A stretch of DNA of 56,278 bases from a virus (IMGVR_UViG_3300008219_003867:1-56278); one strand, 5' to 3'; numbered from the stretch's first letter, positions 38,901-49,200 are shown. The notes: generated by a model from the sequence alone, not told the origin. Translations and numbers: made by a program.

Positions 38901-41409
38901 TAAAGTTAGAGCAGTTTAAGAATTGATCTACCGGAAGATATAGAACTACTTCTTCGCCGCATGTTGTATCAAAGTAATTGTCCGCTTGTCCTATTAATTG
39001 ACTGGGGTCTGGTCTTTTCTTGCCTTCTTCCATGCAAGAACCCCAGAAATTGCACGGCCTAATGACAATAGTCCAATAGCTTTCGGTGTCTGGAAAGAAT
39101 ATTTGCCTGTCAAATTGATTTCCGATAGAGGTGCAACCTGCCCCTCGAAGATCTCCAATAAAGCCAGAGTTCGCACTTGGGGATAGAATCACTTCTGAAT
39201 AAGGGGTGAAGCACACCGTATTTTTTCTTGTGTTGGCAGCGCCCCCTGAAATTTGAGGGGTGTGGAAAGGATGAGATTGATCTAAGATGGTGCCGCCACA
39301 ACAAGACCTTCTTTCGTATTCCCAATCAACCCAATCGTTGGGCATCCATACATTGTGATACCATATTCCATCCGCTGCTTCGCAGCCGCGTTTTGATGAA
39401 TAGGAAGTCCAGCTTCCCCCCTTCCAAACCTCTCCTGTTGCGTTGCAATACGCTTCGGTGTTATCTAATTTAACACCATCCTTATAGCAGGCTAGTGCTT
39501 CACAGGCGGGCTGTGTCGTATTATTTTCAGGATCTAAGCTACATTCGCCAGCAGCAAAGTCTTCTCCGTCAGAGTTTTTGCATTTAGCCTTTTCATTTCC
39601 AAGGTGTTCTAGACAGTTTCCTTTACTTCCATGTACCCATACCGTTCCACTTGGGGCGTCTCGTTCATGAACGTTTTCGCAGTCCTTTTTATTTTCGCAA
39701 CAAGGCTCTATCCATGTTTCAGCATCCGAATCTCTACACTCTTGTTCTGTCATTGCTCCCGGTGGAACTTTATGCCCTATCTCATCAAGGCAGTAGCCAT
39801 CCGATTCATATGGCGTTTCTTCTACCCATTCGGCTCCATCAATAGCGAGGCAATTAGTTTTAGTATATACTTTTTTACTGCCCCAGTTTCCATTTGTCCA
39901 AAGCTCTCCGGTTCCCGTACAAGACCCTTCATCTTTTCCTGTTTTAACATCGTTTGAATAGCAGGCCAACTCTGTACAGTCTTCTTCTGTTGTGTTGTTA
40001 TCGGTATCTATATCGCAAATGCCAGCCTCTTTAGTACAGGAACCTTTTACTGCACAATAGGGTGATAATGGAGTTCCAGATAGATCCGCTATACCAGAAA
40101 CGCCTGTTTCTTCGGGAGGGTAGCAAGCGCCAAAACCTTCACATTCGCTCTTATCATCATAGAGCCAAGTTTCTGCCTCGCTTTCGCCAGTCCAAGTCCC
40201 TCCAGCGGCTGAACAGCTTTCTGGGTTGTCATAACCTCCATCAATGCTGCATCCAAAGTGTTCGCAGTCTTCTTTATTCCTTTTTGATGTATCGGTACAC
40301 TCTTGCCGTATTCTTTTTCCTGTGGCTGAATTTCTACACCAAGGACGTTTCTTTATTGGCACAGCCCCATCTTCTATACATCCACCCTCTCTAGCGCCGA
40401 CATCTGAATAAGTAATCTCTGCATCTGCAACATTTTCAGCTACTTCTTCGTCTGTTCCATTTTGTATGCTATAACCAACAAGAAGATTGTCTTCGTCTAT
40501 TTTTATTCTTTTTTCTGCTACTTTTATGTTCATGCGAGCAGAAGCAACGTTTGCAGAAAATTGCGTCTGTTGTACTTCAGTACCAATTAAATCTTCAACA
40601 GGATCTCTATCTGTTACATCGTTGTTTGTCCAATCAGGCTCATATTGATTCCAATAAGCGTCTGGCCCATGTACAGCCTTACATGAAGGATCGTCTTGAA
40701 TGGCCCCGCTAAACTCTTGTAGTACACCATCCCCATTAAAACAAGCCGTATATAGCCCTACCTTCTTTGAAGACTTTAGCATTTCAGTGCCGTCAGTAGG
40801 AAGGGTTTCATTATACCCTTTTGGTACTAACCAAGTGTCTACACCCCTTCTTGGCCACACATCTCCAGTCAAAGCCTTGTCGTATTTATATTCATCTCTT
40901 GGAGCGAAGCCGTCTCCTACCTGATAACTACTATCTAATTCTTTATATTTATTATTAGCATGGTGGCATTCGGATGGTTTTCCATTTGGAAGGGTGCTTA
41001 CTTTACATGGATCGCAGGCATAATCGAGAACCCCATCTGCATTGTGGGAACAGCACCTACTACCTCTCCAAGCGCCTCTAGAATATTTAAGATGATAGAC
41101 TTCACCTACGCCACTTTCAATATCGCTTCTGGCTTCCCACCTGCCATCTGGTGTTCTAAGTATTGTAACGGCTATCTCAGGAGGAAGGGTGCATTTATGG
41201 CCTGCTAGATTGCTACACCCTGTGTCTATACAACCACACCCCTCTGTGCAGAACCTCCCCTTCCTCCTGTCTTGTAAAGAAAGGGGGTCATCTTGAGGTA
41301 CTTCATCCGAAACATCTGGCATCCATGATGGCATGCCAGTGCGTTCATTTTTAAGGGATGTACTATAACGAGGGTTATAGGTTGTGTCCCAAGGGTCGCC
41401 TATTGCCAT
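29977..41409 (-). CDS. Giant (3810 aa) cysteine-rich repeat protein, probable virion fibre/adhesin
   Basis: 11.4-kb uninterrupted ORF, very rich in Cys, Gly, Asp and Glu; dozens of C-x(n)-C-x3-GG-x-W modules; two interrupted E1-FCCH-like beta domains. Function inferred from operon position. Confidence 0.75.
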   Translation of the reverse strand: MAIGDPWDTTYNPRYSTSLKNERTGMPSWMPDVSDEVPQDDPLSLQDRRKGRFCTEGCGCIDTGCSNLAGHKCTLPPEIAVTILRTPDGRWEARSDIESGVGEVYHLKYSRGAWRGSRCCSHNADGVLDYACDPCKVSTLPNGKPSECHHANNKYKELDSSYQVGDGFAPRDEYKYDKALTGDVWPRRGVDTWLVPKGYNETLPTDGTEMLKSSKKVGLYTACFNGDGVLQEFSGAIQDDPSCKAVHGPDAYWNQYEPDWTNNDVTDRDPVEDLIGTEVQQTQFSANVASARMNIKVAEKRIKIDEDNLLVGYSIQNGTDEEVAENVADAEITYSDVGAREGGCIEDGAVPIKKRPWCRNSATGKRIRQECTDTSKRNKEDCEHFGCSIDGGYDNPESCSAAGGTWTGESEAETWLYDDKSECEGFGACYPPEETGVSGIADLSGTPLSPYCAVKGSCTKEAGICDIDTDNNTTEEDCTELACYSNDVKTGKDEGSCTGTGELWTNGNWGSKKVYTKTNCLAIDGAEWVEETPYESDGYCLDEIGHKVPPGAMTEQECRDSDAETWIEPCCENKKDCENVHERDAPSGTVWVHGSKGNCLEHLGNEKAKCKNSDGEDFAAGECSLDPENNTTQPACEALACYKDGVKLDNTEAYCNATGEVWKGGSWTSYSSKRGCEAADGIWYHNVWMPNDWVDWEYERRSCCGGTILDQSHPFHTPQISGGAANTRKNTVCFTPYSEVILSPSANSGFIGDLRGAGCTSIGNQFDRQIFFPDTESYWTIVIRPCNFWGSCMEEGKKRPDPSQLIGQADNYFDTTCGEEVVLYLPVDQFLNCSNFNLTLKSETQLRSGWKEPEPMWDERMGAYEYGNPATNIAAKVGAMDNAVAGAGNISGGFPGIPFSTQYPEWCMNPDANWDGIEDGGQGGLGCDQYVYYASGKEFRRLANAKGAEVLHGFNIQPQPFKPSEEKQNRAKPFQQAVSDKRYWQGCVDHKLGHRNGGGHWFWNYGIDYFMYHDFTAWDELNVGRDGTFSVKPGGHCERIAQAALDYVDSHVGFLRRGDCGYGNGAMWVGWVPYDATVNDPSCRECEPISKGGCGSASSCIKEDGTFYDGDCLEADTDAGAATKFCCEWTEECSEQICTNLSEVIKPPICDINAGANSSREECEKFQCYDTGGKEYHEYYCDRGGHDNEEDCARAGGKWIGQKLIRDFNIASCLSKLYVWRQGNWSGEEECIWREATNKVECECEMSNTCAGGTWSEGCNIHPDRLLNEECSIVEDIPEDLIDIVLGKQVGTVGGQGNTYPARENEVVRVRVDGPLSTGFTDLSQIEGGFKKPACFAYIPELDIFGEEVPLVDTEEDCYTVGDAAGIEVIWGAKPGLLGTGGSEVGNSMTYWHHTGLFPKGEMVSYVNDHCLGTSQQRRIQYASNDSPIRITSRNHLLKDGDLVNISNVAGNFAANVMTTGEWQETQWEEKIYNQCEDDCEQPMWPDSVCPKDSVCMDKNGNEIPGLDRQGCTLGSCKDKRADGSECIDGGSCEASKDKCAPKNSDGTCPEGFVKHPSFDFSAGETCDGEKFACCLDVAGNGTCVNYLWENPESQMGCGSTWDGKVGNTFSTFCDSDKFYACEGERILGKDPPPMQAFVAKNVTLDTFDLFTCDKHPVDGTIQNKTNLDTTECPDESRMVCVKNAGYPYEAVVTEPKWSVVTAETNDDRHVGLPYIEPFEKKEYCVNSEDNIVVDLTTKAMCLEDVELTNYRWVNNYGLTEGECDIDSQNNKTQLDCTAFACYANDLKVETLKQHECTGYNKDGAPLTWTNGNWSGAEGAADRCSTFGICTIIDNHFGIDKSMFTRDECVLLAKTFRRFYPDKGYTDGNQEYVNQCYDIDANRDNHKSIINNAKDFDKVEQQCQKRNGKCLDFNGDDIGASSEDQCTRMGGTWKAGYAKTQYAECVDTEALKDGDDLNAFKGCWIQNDFKSSNELMTGGAIEGGSKGKPAVGVWKVCPFTGDFIYWGHAANGDVGVEAGYVGHLSQAELDSMYRFGWGGPGYKWEERANDYYVQIEQKGICPVCCDHFMPRSLTATIIDQPTEILNHIGCRMDPCDAPTADDSVKISDVTGKASHDGYCCSDAHHGCDMGWMGGDVAVCESEFIDTSPGKCVLTSTGETVNVSEQDCLGPVYTWKGGITFGHCHRDGELLVAYRQDDCVDNKGGTFTPLPNPQSCDMFIRTRLNVAGTTNCRRCSDVYSSRHKIKTHAETGNVKSREMGLLDYAGNNCCEDTTLCERTVNEHDNRLLNRNFPYPKCQDVRFHIGACGSKDVKVGDVEHVGNVKATCSKLFDPYGQEVGVDWHFEPCACFPHNVPYEYEGEYVYDEGKLGSCDFNGDVNEDGDVGVNNAGGCYTLAHCVDEFGVRNGLGEQACKASATSTWVEKGLGAGRGRKDGTVESDCDANTEEWKSGAGGCGPTRITTDADESCYDLGNSVQPYDSTCPGLGTLDVPLEYDGVVWRSEWTLMNEVGLKQCEATDNGFGVHRFHWPVHCRATGPTVPDVDYISPTEIVAVNADCDGCDMPQMGMWGILIDGEARETGVPHTGKRDKNRLFQHRNVKPPTATNDGHFIRVVMGCGNSIPSIAAYNSGDVVDGGFGPQGSTNYRDNGIQIWSEITNCTFTDFIGSEGLRVGRVDSGISGSPPCFPGLPCISKRQLIKSVHGPDTELSPPGEPTITERVFAFAGRCMTHQYCGPKGPCHGTECCTYKGRDQALFISGPLWNGAIACSQGGDIAHRCNTTGFDPLPSKPAEQFTVHYIKDVNPITGEGTLVVPAYAPTYGGIRCDYESGTPVGIGLAELADAEFDTFGSFSRNNKSRNPYLPAGGTIITGARTCTEKATSASGSTDIVYTNHQGIPRGDNPIVDQYGDRGRGGAACQFMEIRVANIAPLITKNPRKNRHLRIYDRSSYGLPNASLLTDMNMKLRYDLPQPYGLKPWPVDHQTHSTAYSPWPRGGPHSPNPLLGGIPTESLRKDPALSLNQPGRVGPMPTMDNLNRMFRFTEEAMAGGMSTPIPEIWPFEPVQIDRFDNVYSDSDGTCINPYYETKKDCEKAKHFWVPQFLYTKVTTKYPHDLADAEKLVISGSVAYPATCKGARMGYCSGSQGDDINECNKGECIDTQIINSKWVHIDQDLTKGIINNKADCDASSDQRAMAIGAEDALPLVFKPKGQWIQIFDDPSGEDVIGNGDKHVCEEMFGGTWVVGKANNTIDDKGEYEDPLNLKPKEIRFKQEGFIEGCPVGCRLNGFYLQNPCEPPSEDFPQGQCFECVETIVVDSEGKETREMKCPLGPVDGNYVARKRGCQYAEYDNQKDCEENGWAWYGKITAANEFAIHQEMELTIHDASQLRSNLDAYKPTPAAGIATDWEFDLSNTPKRVTNDGGFTGSSVPLSSLGAVACNATRGAAWLKVGKCFDENDEEVDMTEEECRDITSNTWEEDSSGSRCIDLSRLDQEIPDSFAEGGEPTNQESSQAYELCAISDNCHFIQEYKTCLGTYWSDAGTCYRIEDGNVTEEAATKQRCDRIGGVFVGNPIGGINNADECAEYSLAGVCHVQGMIGSKTSKQECDELGGNWGVSRTGTAIYNFECVNPTIAGDYYTPEHCTEIGGGELVYKGAPQSISLDERKMNVVTMMDKLSNLSSPEAIAMGHDVGIGLSPRNHKGVIYSPQVDVSIKENKDYDKYADPNWRAVWSRHGGAFDIIVGYPPPENNCRQGNSDKPTSMDFYLNFDQICCNDKGPLNFHKCSDKCWHHYMGPHLNDMELVHGIPGNSILHVNIHE

Positions 41410-43223
41410 TATAGTCCTGCTGTTTGTGGATAGTCATCATCAGGCCCGCAGTCTTCTGCCGTAGCAAATCCTTGGGCGAAGAATTTTTTAGAACAAGCGG
41501 CCATCTCACCTCTATCGCATCCTGCATGTGAAAGAATTTCCATTCCGTAAAACTCCGCTTGCAATATTATATGGACAGGTATTGCTTCTTTTACTGTTAC
41601 TGTAGTTCCAGAAGTTTGACCACAACTAGGATCAATCATTCGTTCATATTCATAAACTATTCTCTTACCAGTATCATAACTGAAAAACGCATCCCCTACC
41701 ATTAAGCCTTGACCTAGAGGATTTTCGATAAATATCTTTTCGTACATCATAGCCTTTGCATGCTGCGTCCAAGTTTTATCTTCACCAATTTTTCTGTTAA
41801 CAAACTCTTTTTCTCCAAAATAACTAGAACCCCATCCATGACACGGGTTTCCAGCCCTTCTTGATCCGGGCGCTCCACCTTGTACCTTTCTAAACTTATC
41901 AGTACATTCAGTAAGCGTGTTTGGCTTGCCAACCACTTCATCAATTGGCCTTAATATGATAGCATCATAAAAGGGTGCGCATCCATCTTTAAAATCTGAA
42001 CAAGCAGTTAGGTGTCCCAAAGTTCTACATCTACCGCACCAGTTGTGGTCTTCTGGGTCGTATATTTCAATATCTGGATAGTATATACTTGTTGGAAAAT
42101 ACGAAGTGTGTGTGCAATCATGTGTTGGGCATGGGTTTCTGTAAAGCCTTCCCGGTGCATTTACATTTCCACCAACACCAAAGTTGAATGAATTATTTCC
42201 ATCTAGACCAGCTTGTGGCAATATACACTTAGTAGCCTTAGATAAATATATACCGTTGTGTTTACCACCAACCCAAACCTTTCTTTGGTGATCCCATCTT
42301 AAATCAACAGGCCCAACCTTCCATTGGTCAGGTCTTCTCATGTGGACTGGTATAAAGTGCTTATGGTCTTCTTGCATACCAGACACGCTTTTTGCCTGCA
42401 TCGGGGGTGGAACATATCGCTGTCTTCCATAATTCGCAGCCCCCGGCTCATTATGCCTATACTCAGCATCGAATCTAAGGTTGGGAACCGGGTTTTCATA
42501 TATATCATAGCCCCAACCAGCCATTACCATTGGCCCCCTAAGTCCTATTGGCCTTGCGGTGTTTTTTTGTTTTGTTGGAGCATCAACCAGCGTTGCAACG
42601 TCTGTTGAAAACCCACCACCAACAGCCACCTGACTTGGATTTGTGAGTGTCTCGTTTTTATTAAGCCGCGCAATGAAGTGACCAGAAGCAAACGGATTTA
42701 AAGATATAGACGTAATAAAAGCTGGCCCCGGAGCGTTGACACCTAGATCTTCATGTTGTCCAACTTCCTTAAAAGCAACGCGGTCATCAACACCGCCTTC
42801 TTTAGCTGTGCTATAAGGTCTTTCAAAAGCTGGAAATCCGGTATCATCTAATGGTCTATTTAAGTCTGAGTCTTTACCGCCGTCGTTTCTTACTTTGAAA
42901 GCTGTGTCATAAGGCACAAACAAACCATCTAAAGACATGCCCGCAGATTTTTTCCAAGAGTCATCCCCTCCAAATTGAGACATATAGGTAACCGCTGGGC
43001 TTGTCATGGTTGTTGCGGTGGAGTCCAATATTTTCATTGCCCCCCCACCCTCAACCGGATGATTATCCCAATACATAACCTTATTTTGACCATCTCTAGC
43101 AACAAGATTAGCATTAACGCTATACATACTTGATAGCATCAGATGGCTATAATCAGCTAAGTCGGTCTTTTCTCTATCTTCTGCGCCGCCTTGACCAGCG
43201 TATGTTATTTGGTTTCCAGCCAT
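41409..43223 (-). CDS. Hypothetical tail-region protein with a Cys-rich C-terminal half
   Basis: 604 aa, TAATG-coupled on both sides; the first half has no Cys and the second half has many. Confidence 0.7.
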   Translation of the reverse strand: MAGNQITYAGQGGAEDREKTDLADYSHLMLSSMYSVNANLVARDGQNKVMYWDNHPVEGGGAMKILDSTATTMTSPAVTYMSQFGGDDSWKKSAGMSLDGLFVPYDTAFKVRNDGGKDSDLNRPLDDTGFPAFERPYSTAKEGGVDDRVAFKEVGQHEDLGVNAPGPAFITSISLNPFASGHFIARLNKNETLTNPSQVAVGGGFSTDVATLVDAPTKQKNTARPIGLRGPMVMAGWGYDIYENPVPNLRFDAEYRHNEPGAANYGRQRYVPPPMQAKSVSGMQEDHKHFIPVHMRRPDQWKVGPVDLRWDHQRKVWVGGKHNGIYLSKATKCILPQAGLDGNNSFNFGVGGNVNAPGRLYRNPCPTHDCTHTSYFPTSIYYPDIEIYDPEDHNWCGRCRTLGHLTACSDFKDGCAPFYDAIILRPIDEVVGKPNTLTECTDKFRKVQGGAPGSRRAGNPCHGWGSSYFGEKEFVNRKIGEDKTWTQHAKAMMYEKIFIENPLGQGLMVGDAFFSYDTGKRIVYEYERMIDPSCGQTSGTTVTVKEAIPVHIILQAEFYGMEILSHAGCDRGEMAACSKKFFAQGFATAEDCGPDDDYPQTAGL

Positions 43224-46200
43224 TATGATTTACCTGTTTGATATTGATCTATTCCACGTTTTGTTCTTTTAATTTGCTCTTCTGTTCTTGCAAGATTGGC
43301 AAGAAGATCTCTCTGGCTTTTTCTTATTCTGTCTTCATATGTTTTTGTTAGATCTCCAAATTTTCTGTTTGTAGTAAAGTTATAGGTTGTTGTTAAACCT
43401 CCAGTTCCTATCTGAACACTAACGTCTGTGATATACGGCCCTTTTACTATTTCACCAGCAGCGTTTGTGTATGTTAATTGCGTCCCAAAAGCATAAGCTG
43501 GTATTCCCGTTAATTGAATATTTCCGGTTTCTTGAGTTCTATTTTGAGCCTTGCCAATTGTAGATTTGACCCTTGCCATAGCAGCTTTTCCCATTTCCTT
43601 TTCCCCACCAAAAGCTGCTGGATGGAACGCTTCATCTATTTGGAAATCGGGTTTTCCAAAGTCCCAACCTGCGGCCCAAGCCCCCCACCTATAGTGTCTA
43701 CTTTGTTGAGGAACGGCTGCATGCCAAGGTTTATATACAGCCGCCTTAAAAGAACCCTTCTTCATATCAGGCGCAACACTACTATTAGCAATGATCCTAG
43801 CACCCCAAGCCACAATGTTTTGTTTTGCTATACTCAGGGGATCCCAGCCCATTAACCATGCCTGCAACAAGCTGTTTGCATTTTTAGCATTTAATAAAGG
43901 CACGCACATGTGGTTCTTCTCGCCACCCACAGAATCATGTAGCTTTTTAGATTCATCCGTTTGTGAATAAAGAGCGGCTGCTGGAAGTGTTACCAGCGCG
44001 TATGGTTTATATGCAGCGTAATCAGTTAATATTTCTTTAGGGAATGCTCCAGTTATTCCCTTTGTTACCACGGGTCTTTCGTTTAATACTCTTTGTGTAC
44101 TTTGGTTCGCGTTTGTTATTGCGTCTGCGACTGGATCTCCGGTATTTACATCTTTTGGTGGTTTTGGCCCAACCACTGCAATTGTTGCTAAATCTTCTAG
44201 TTCAGCAGCGGTTTCACCCCCCTTGGGGAGTTCCATAGGACTACCAGCTAAATATTTTTTATACTGAAGCTCATGGTGAACTTCCCAATCTGGCCTCTCT
44301 GTTAGCCAGTGTGTTTTTGGGTCTATTTGTGTAGGCACAAATACCTTGCCGCCCCAGTTATCGTGAGGGCCAGCATTAAATGTCGTCTGGTAAAAACTTT
44401 CTGCATCAAAAGCACTAAAACTCACGGGTACGGCATTTCCAGAGAATCTTTGCCATTCTTTTTCTGGGAATATAACAAAGGATTTTAAATTTCCGTCATC
44501 AGTCCAAAAGTTCATGTTTTGTGGATAGCCAGCGTTAACAGCTTTTGACTCTTGACTACCAAAGTTATATTCTATATCCCCTCCGGGCCATCCAGCAGTT
44601 GCAACTTCCCATCTATTAATTTCTTGGATTGGCTCAATCCATATATCTCCGTTGATTATTTCACATGTGTATTTGTCGGGGCTTACTCCATTTGTACATC
44701 TTCCAACGCCCATTTTGTGGAACCACTCGCTTTGTAGGCCGTGTGTACCCCAATCAAAACCAGCATCTTCGCAACCACCTTTACCCTTATAGCTTGGGTT
44801 TGTACATGTTACGGTTGATGGTGGATTAAAAGGAAGCGGCACTAAATACTTTCTTCCGTAGAATTGGGTAGCGACATGTGCAACCTTTTTATACGCAAGG
44901 TCTACCATCATGCTCGTTTTCTCATACACTGACATGACAGTATTCGTACTAGGATCTCCACATGGCTCACCAACAGTCGCCTTTGCTTTTCCGGGGGAGG
45001 GCTTGGTGCTAGGAACATGCACTCCCCTTCCAGCAAACCCAGTTAAAGCATTTGCCGCATCTACATGCGCCCCGCTCATTCCACCTTCTATGATAACATC
45101 GTCTTCCGTTGGACACCAATCTCCCCAATAGTTTCCGGGGACTGGATTTTGATAATACATGTGGCAGGGAAGGTACGGCTGAAGCTCTCTCATAAAATAC
45201 AGCCAAGATTCTTTACTAGCCGCAGCATGTCTTAATTCTGTTACTGTTGCATAATGGAAGTCTTGGAATTGCTCGCCGGGATCATTATGTTCTGGTTTGG
45301 GGCCACCATAATAATCAACTTGTCCTAAATCTATAGGAATGGTTGAAGTTCTACATTTTAGAGGCAAGCCTCTTCCGCTCTTAAGATCTACGGGTGCGTA
45401 GACCATCCTCCCTCTTGTTTCAAGATCCTTATCGGTAGCTGGACTACCCTTTTGGTAACATTCTCTTGGGTCGTTGGTTGGGCCACCATCACCATCTCCC
45501 GGCGGGCCTTGATCTTCTGTATCTTCTACACCCTCGTTTTCTTCAATCGAGAACATATGGCAGTCGCCTTTTAGTCTCTGTCTTGTTTTTACATATCCCG
45601 GTGCTGGAATATCTTCTGGCGCTAATTCTATGCCATAGTATGGGTCTTTAAGTGCGTAGCCAAGAGAGGCTCCAGCGGCGTCGGTAGCATTATCTGGAAA
45701 TACGTTTTCAGGAATATTTTTCCATTCGGCTTCGCCGGGGTATTTTTCTTCACAGTCTTTATATGTTACCGCATCGGTTCTACTACCGTCTGGGAACACC
45801 AAGCCTGTCGGTGTTGTAATTTTCGTTGTAGCTATACAGCCATGTTGCCAATCAAATCTAAAAGTAAGAGCTATGCATTCATCTGAATAAAGACCGCCAC
45901 CGCTTTCATAGTCATTTTCATCTCCTTTTACCCAATTTCCCCCGGATGGTTTCCACGCTTCTCCAGCGCCTGTACAATCAGCCTGTACTTTGCCGAAAGC
46001 TCCAGCACACTGCGCTGTGTGACAATCTGTCTCGGTAGGGTTATCTTCAGTATTAATATCACAATGATCACTCTCTGCTATGTCGCCATTTTTGTTAATT
46101 CTAAAAGAGTCTCTTATTACTTCGGGGGTAAGCATTTTTCCACCATCCACACAGTCTTGCGCGCTTTGCACCATATGGACGGTTCCGTTGGCTAGGTTTG

Positions 46201-49200
46201 ATGACCATTTATCGTGATCTTTTGTGGCGGGGTCACCTCTAACATAGGACGTGCTAGTGACTGTATCCTCGAAGTCTCTTGTATAGAATGCTACTAACCT
46301 ACCTCCCCCTTCTGCCACTGGTGGGTCTGCTGGATCACCGTTAGCATCCACTTCAACCTTAAAACATCCAAACTGACATCCCCATGCGCTATGAGCTATA
46401 TTATTTCCTGAGCCAGCTAGCGTACCGAGTTCATCGGTTATGTCTCCACCATCAGGATCACGACACGCATTCCACGCCACACAGTGGGGTCTAAATTTAT
46501 ATAAGCCCTTATCAGTCAGTCTTATTGTCGCACAGTCTGATTCTGCGCCACTTTTTTCGACGTTACATTCGCATATATTTGGCATGTTCTCCCAGTCTGT
46601 TTGTGCAGCCCCAGTGTCAGGATCTTCGCATATGCCAAGTGCTGGATTCCACCACTCTATTCCACTAAAAACACCTTCTACTGGATTAAAGTCTCTATAA
46701 GGGTCATCATCCCAAGCGAAGCCTTTAATTGGCTTACCTTCAACAGTATTGTCTACTATATCAAGGAGTGGATTGGTTGCTTCAATAGCCTGCGGAGTCT
46801 CAGACTGCCATGAGTAGTCTTCTCCCAATGCTTCACAAGCTTGTTTGTCTGCTGGTTGGGGTGTGACTACAACAGGCCCAGAGACTTTGTTTTCTGTACA
46901 TTCACCATGCAAGCTCTTGTTAGCTCCACCTTCCGTGTGTTCATATTCGATATAACCCCAGCATGGGAATATATCTAAATAGCCAGAATCGCGCGAATAT
47001 ATGGCCTCCCATTCTCCACCACCTGCTGAACATGAGTCTTCATCCCCCGCCTTTCCCCAAGTATTTCCACCATTAACACAATCTCCTTTGTTTACATCGC
47101 CTGTGTTTCCTCCAGAGTCGTTACTACAATATTCATCTTCTGGAGTATTACCAGAAAAAGCACAAGCCCCAGCATCCGCTTGGTGCAAAGAACCCACCCT
47201 ATTAAACTGAAATGGGTCTGCTTCGTCGTTTGTAGGGCCAGAATAATCTTGAGGCCAATACCAAGGCAGGTAATCATCATTACTAACAGAGGGGAGGTTT
47301 TGCTCAAAATCTGGAAAAAGCAAAGGATCGGTTTCTCCAACTTTTCCATAAGGATTCCAACCAAGATCCGTCCCGTCTAAAAAGGTGTCTTTTGGTGTGT
47401 CTTGGTTTGTAAGAGTAACCCCATCTATTTCTACATTAGGTAGGTATTCTGTTAATATAGAGTCTTTGCCCTCTGTTGGTGCTGGATTGCTCCCTGTTGT
47501 ATTAACCTCTTTCCATATGTTTGTTGCATCTTCAGCAAGACATGCTGGCTCATCTACCATGCCCAATACTTCATCGTCGGAAGTGTCAAAGCATTTGTAG
47601 CCTCTTGTTGATTTATCTAAATACTTGTTACTTGTCGCATTATAGAATAGCTCTTTTCTAAGCCTTCTATCGCCAATGGGTGTAACGCCTACAACCCTTG
47701 TTCTAGGCCCACCCAATAAAATCTTGCCCTCTATTGGATCAGTAAACTCATATCCAAGAGTTGAACTAACAAGCGTGGGATTATTTTCCACGTCTATAAA
47801 CGGGCCTTCTGGTGGTACTTTTTGAGATAGATCTACAGCATCGCTTAAAGCATCCTTGTCTATAGTTACGTTTCTGGGGACAATAACAACCTTGATAATA
47901 CCCGAATAATTTTTTATTAGTTCATAGTCTTCCGGGTTAACAAAGTTTTCGTCAACTAGCTTTTTTGTTATTGGCTCCAGCATTACATAAAAATCAGAGG
48001 CCGCAACTTCACAAACTTGTTGTATTATTGCAAGGAGAGACATCGAATCTCCGGGGACTCGATAATCGGATGGCACAAAACCCGATGTTCCATCTATGTC
48101 GCCACTGTGGTCTTTATGGGTGAGTTTAAGAAATTGTTCCAAATCTACTAAATACCTATGTGCAGAACGACTAGGGTCATCGGTATTGAAATCATCGAAT
48201 GGTTCTTTGTATATCTCTGCGAAGGGTGCTTTAACATCCAAGAACCTAGTATCTACAGAATAGGTCATTGGGCCACCAAAAGGCTCTTGCTTATCTGTGT
48301 ATGTTCTGACTGTACCCTTTAACATTTCTCTTAGGGCTGGAAGTATACCAAATGCATGCTTCCCTCCATTTTCTACCATCTCGCCGCCATGATTATCAAT
48401 GCAATCTTCTGTTTTTTCGTCTTCGTTGTTTCCTACGGTATCAACCACTGCGCCATTTTTAACACAGTTTGTGCTTGACCAATCTGTATTAAAGTTTCTA
48501 TCGGGAACATTCCAAAGCATTCCAGATTCTGTTCTATCGGATTTATTAAAGCCGTGATGTTCGTAATACCCATAGACATTTAATATGTTGTAATATCCAT
48601 TCCAACCCTCTTCGTATGCTCTTGTGCTATCTACCACTTTGTAAAAGTCGCTAGGTGAAACCCTAGACGCAAACCCATTTAGGATAACCGTAGTGTTTTC
48701 TAAAACGGTTCGGGGGTCTGCTACGCTTACAGAATAGGTTAGCCCAGACGTAGAAAACCTCTTTTCGTATTTGGTCATTATGCCCGGAAATGAGAACGCT
48801 TTGGGACAATTTCTCTCAAGGACACAATCCGCATCTATATCCTTGCCGTCATAATAATGGAAGAAAACAGGCTCCCCCGGATCTGGCATGTAGGCTATAT
48901 CTCCAAACGTTGAATATATATGCCCCATTCCAGTTTCAGGATTTCCCGGTTCAGCCCCGCCTGTTGAGTCAATGGAGTATTTCTCTAACAGCCCTACTGG
49001 AAAAGCGTCTGGACTCCAGCTATGATAACCTTCTGTTATAGCATCCCTAGTTCCAGAAGGCGTTAAAAATGACTTTGTATTAAATTCATCCTTGACTAGG
49101 TTTACAGTTAAACTTGATCCATTTCCGTTAAACCCTAGATTTGAACTCCAGTCCATGATGGACATGCCCAAAAAGGTTTGCTGAAAAATACCCAATTCTA

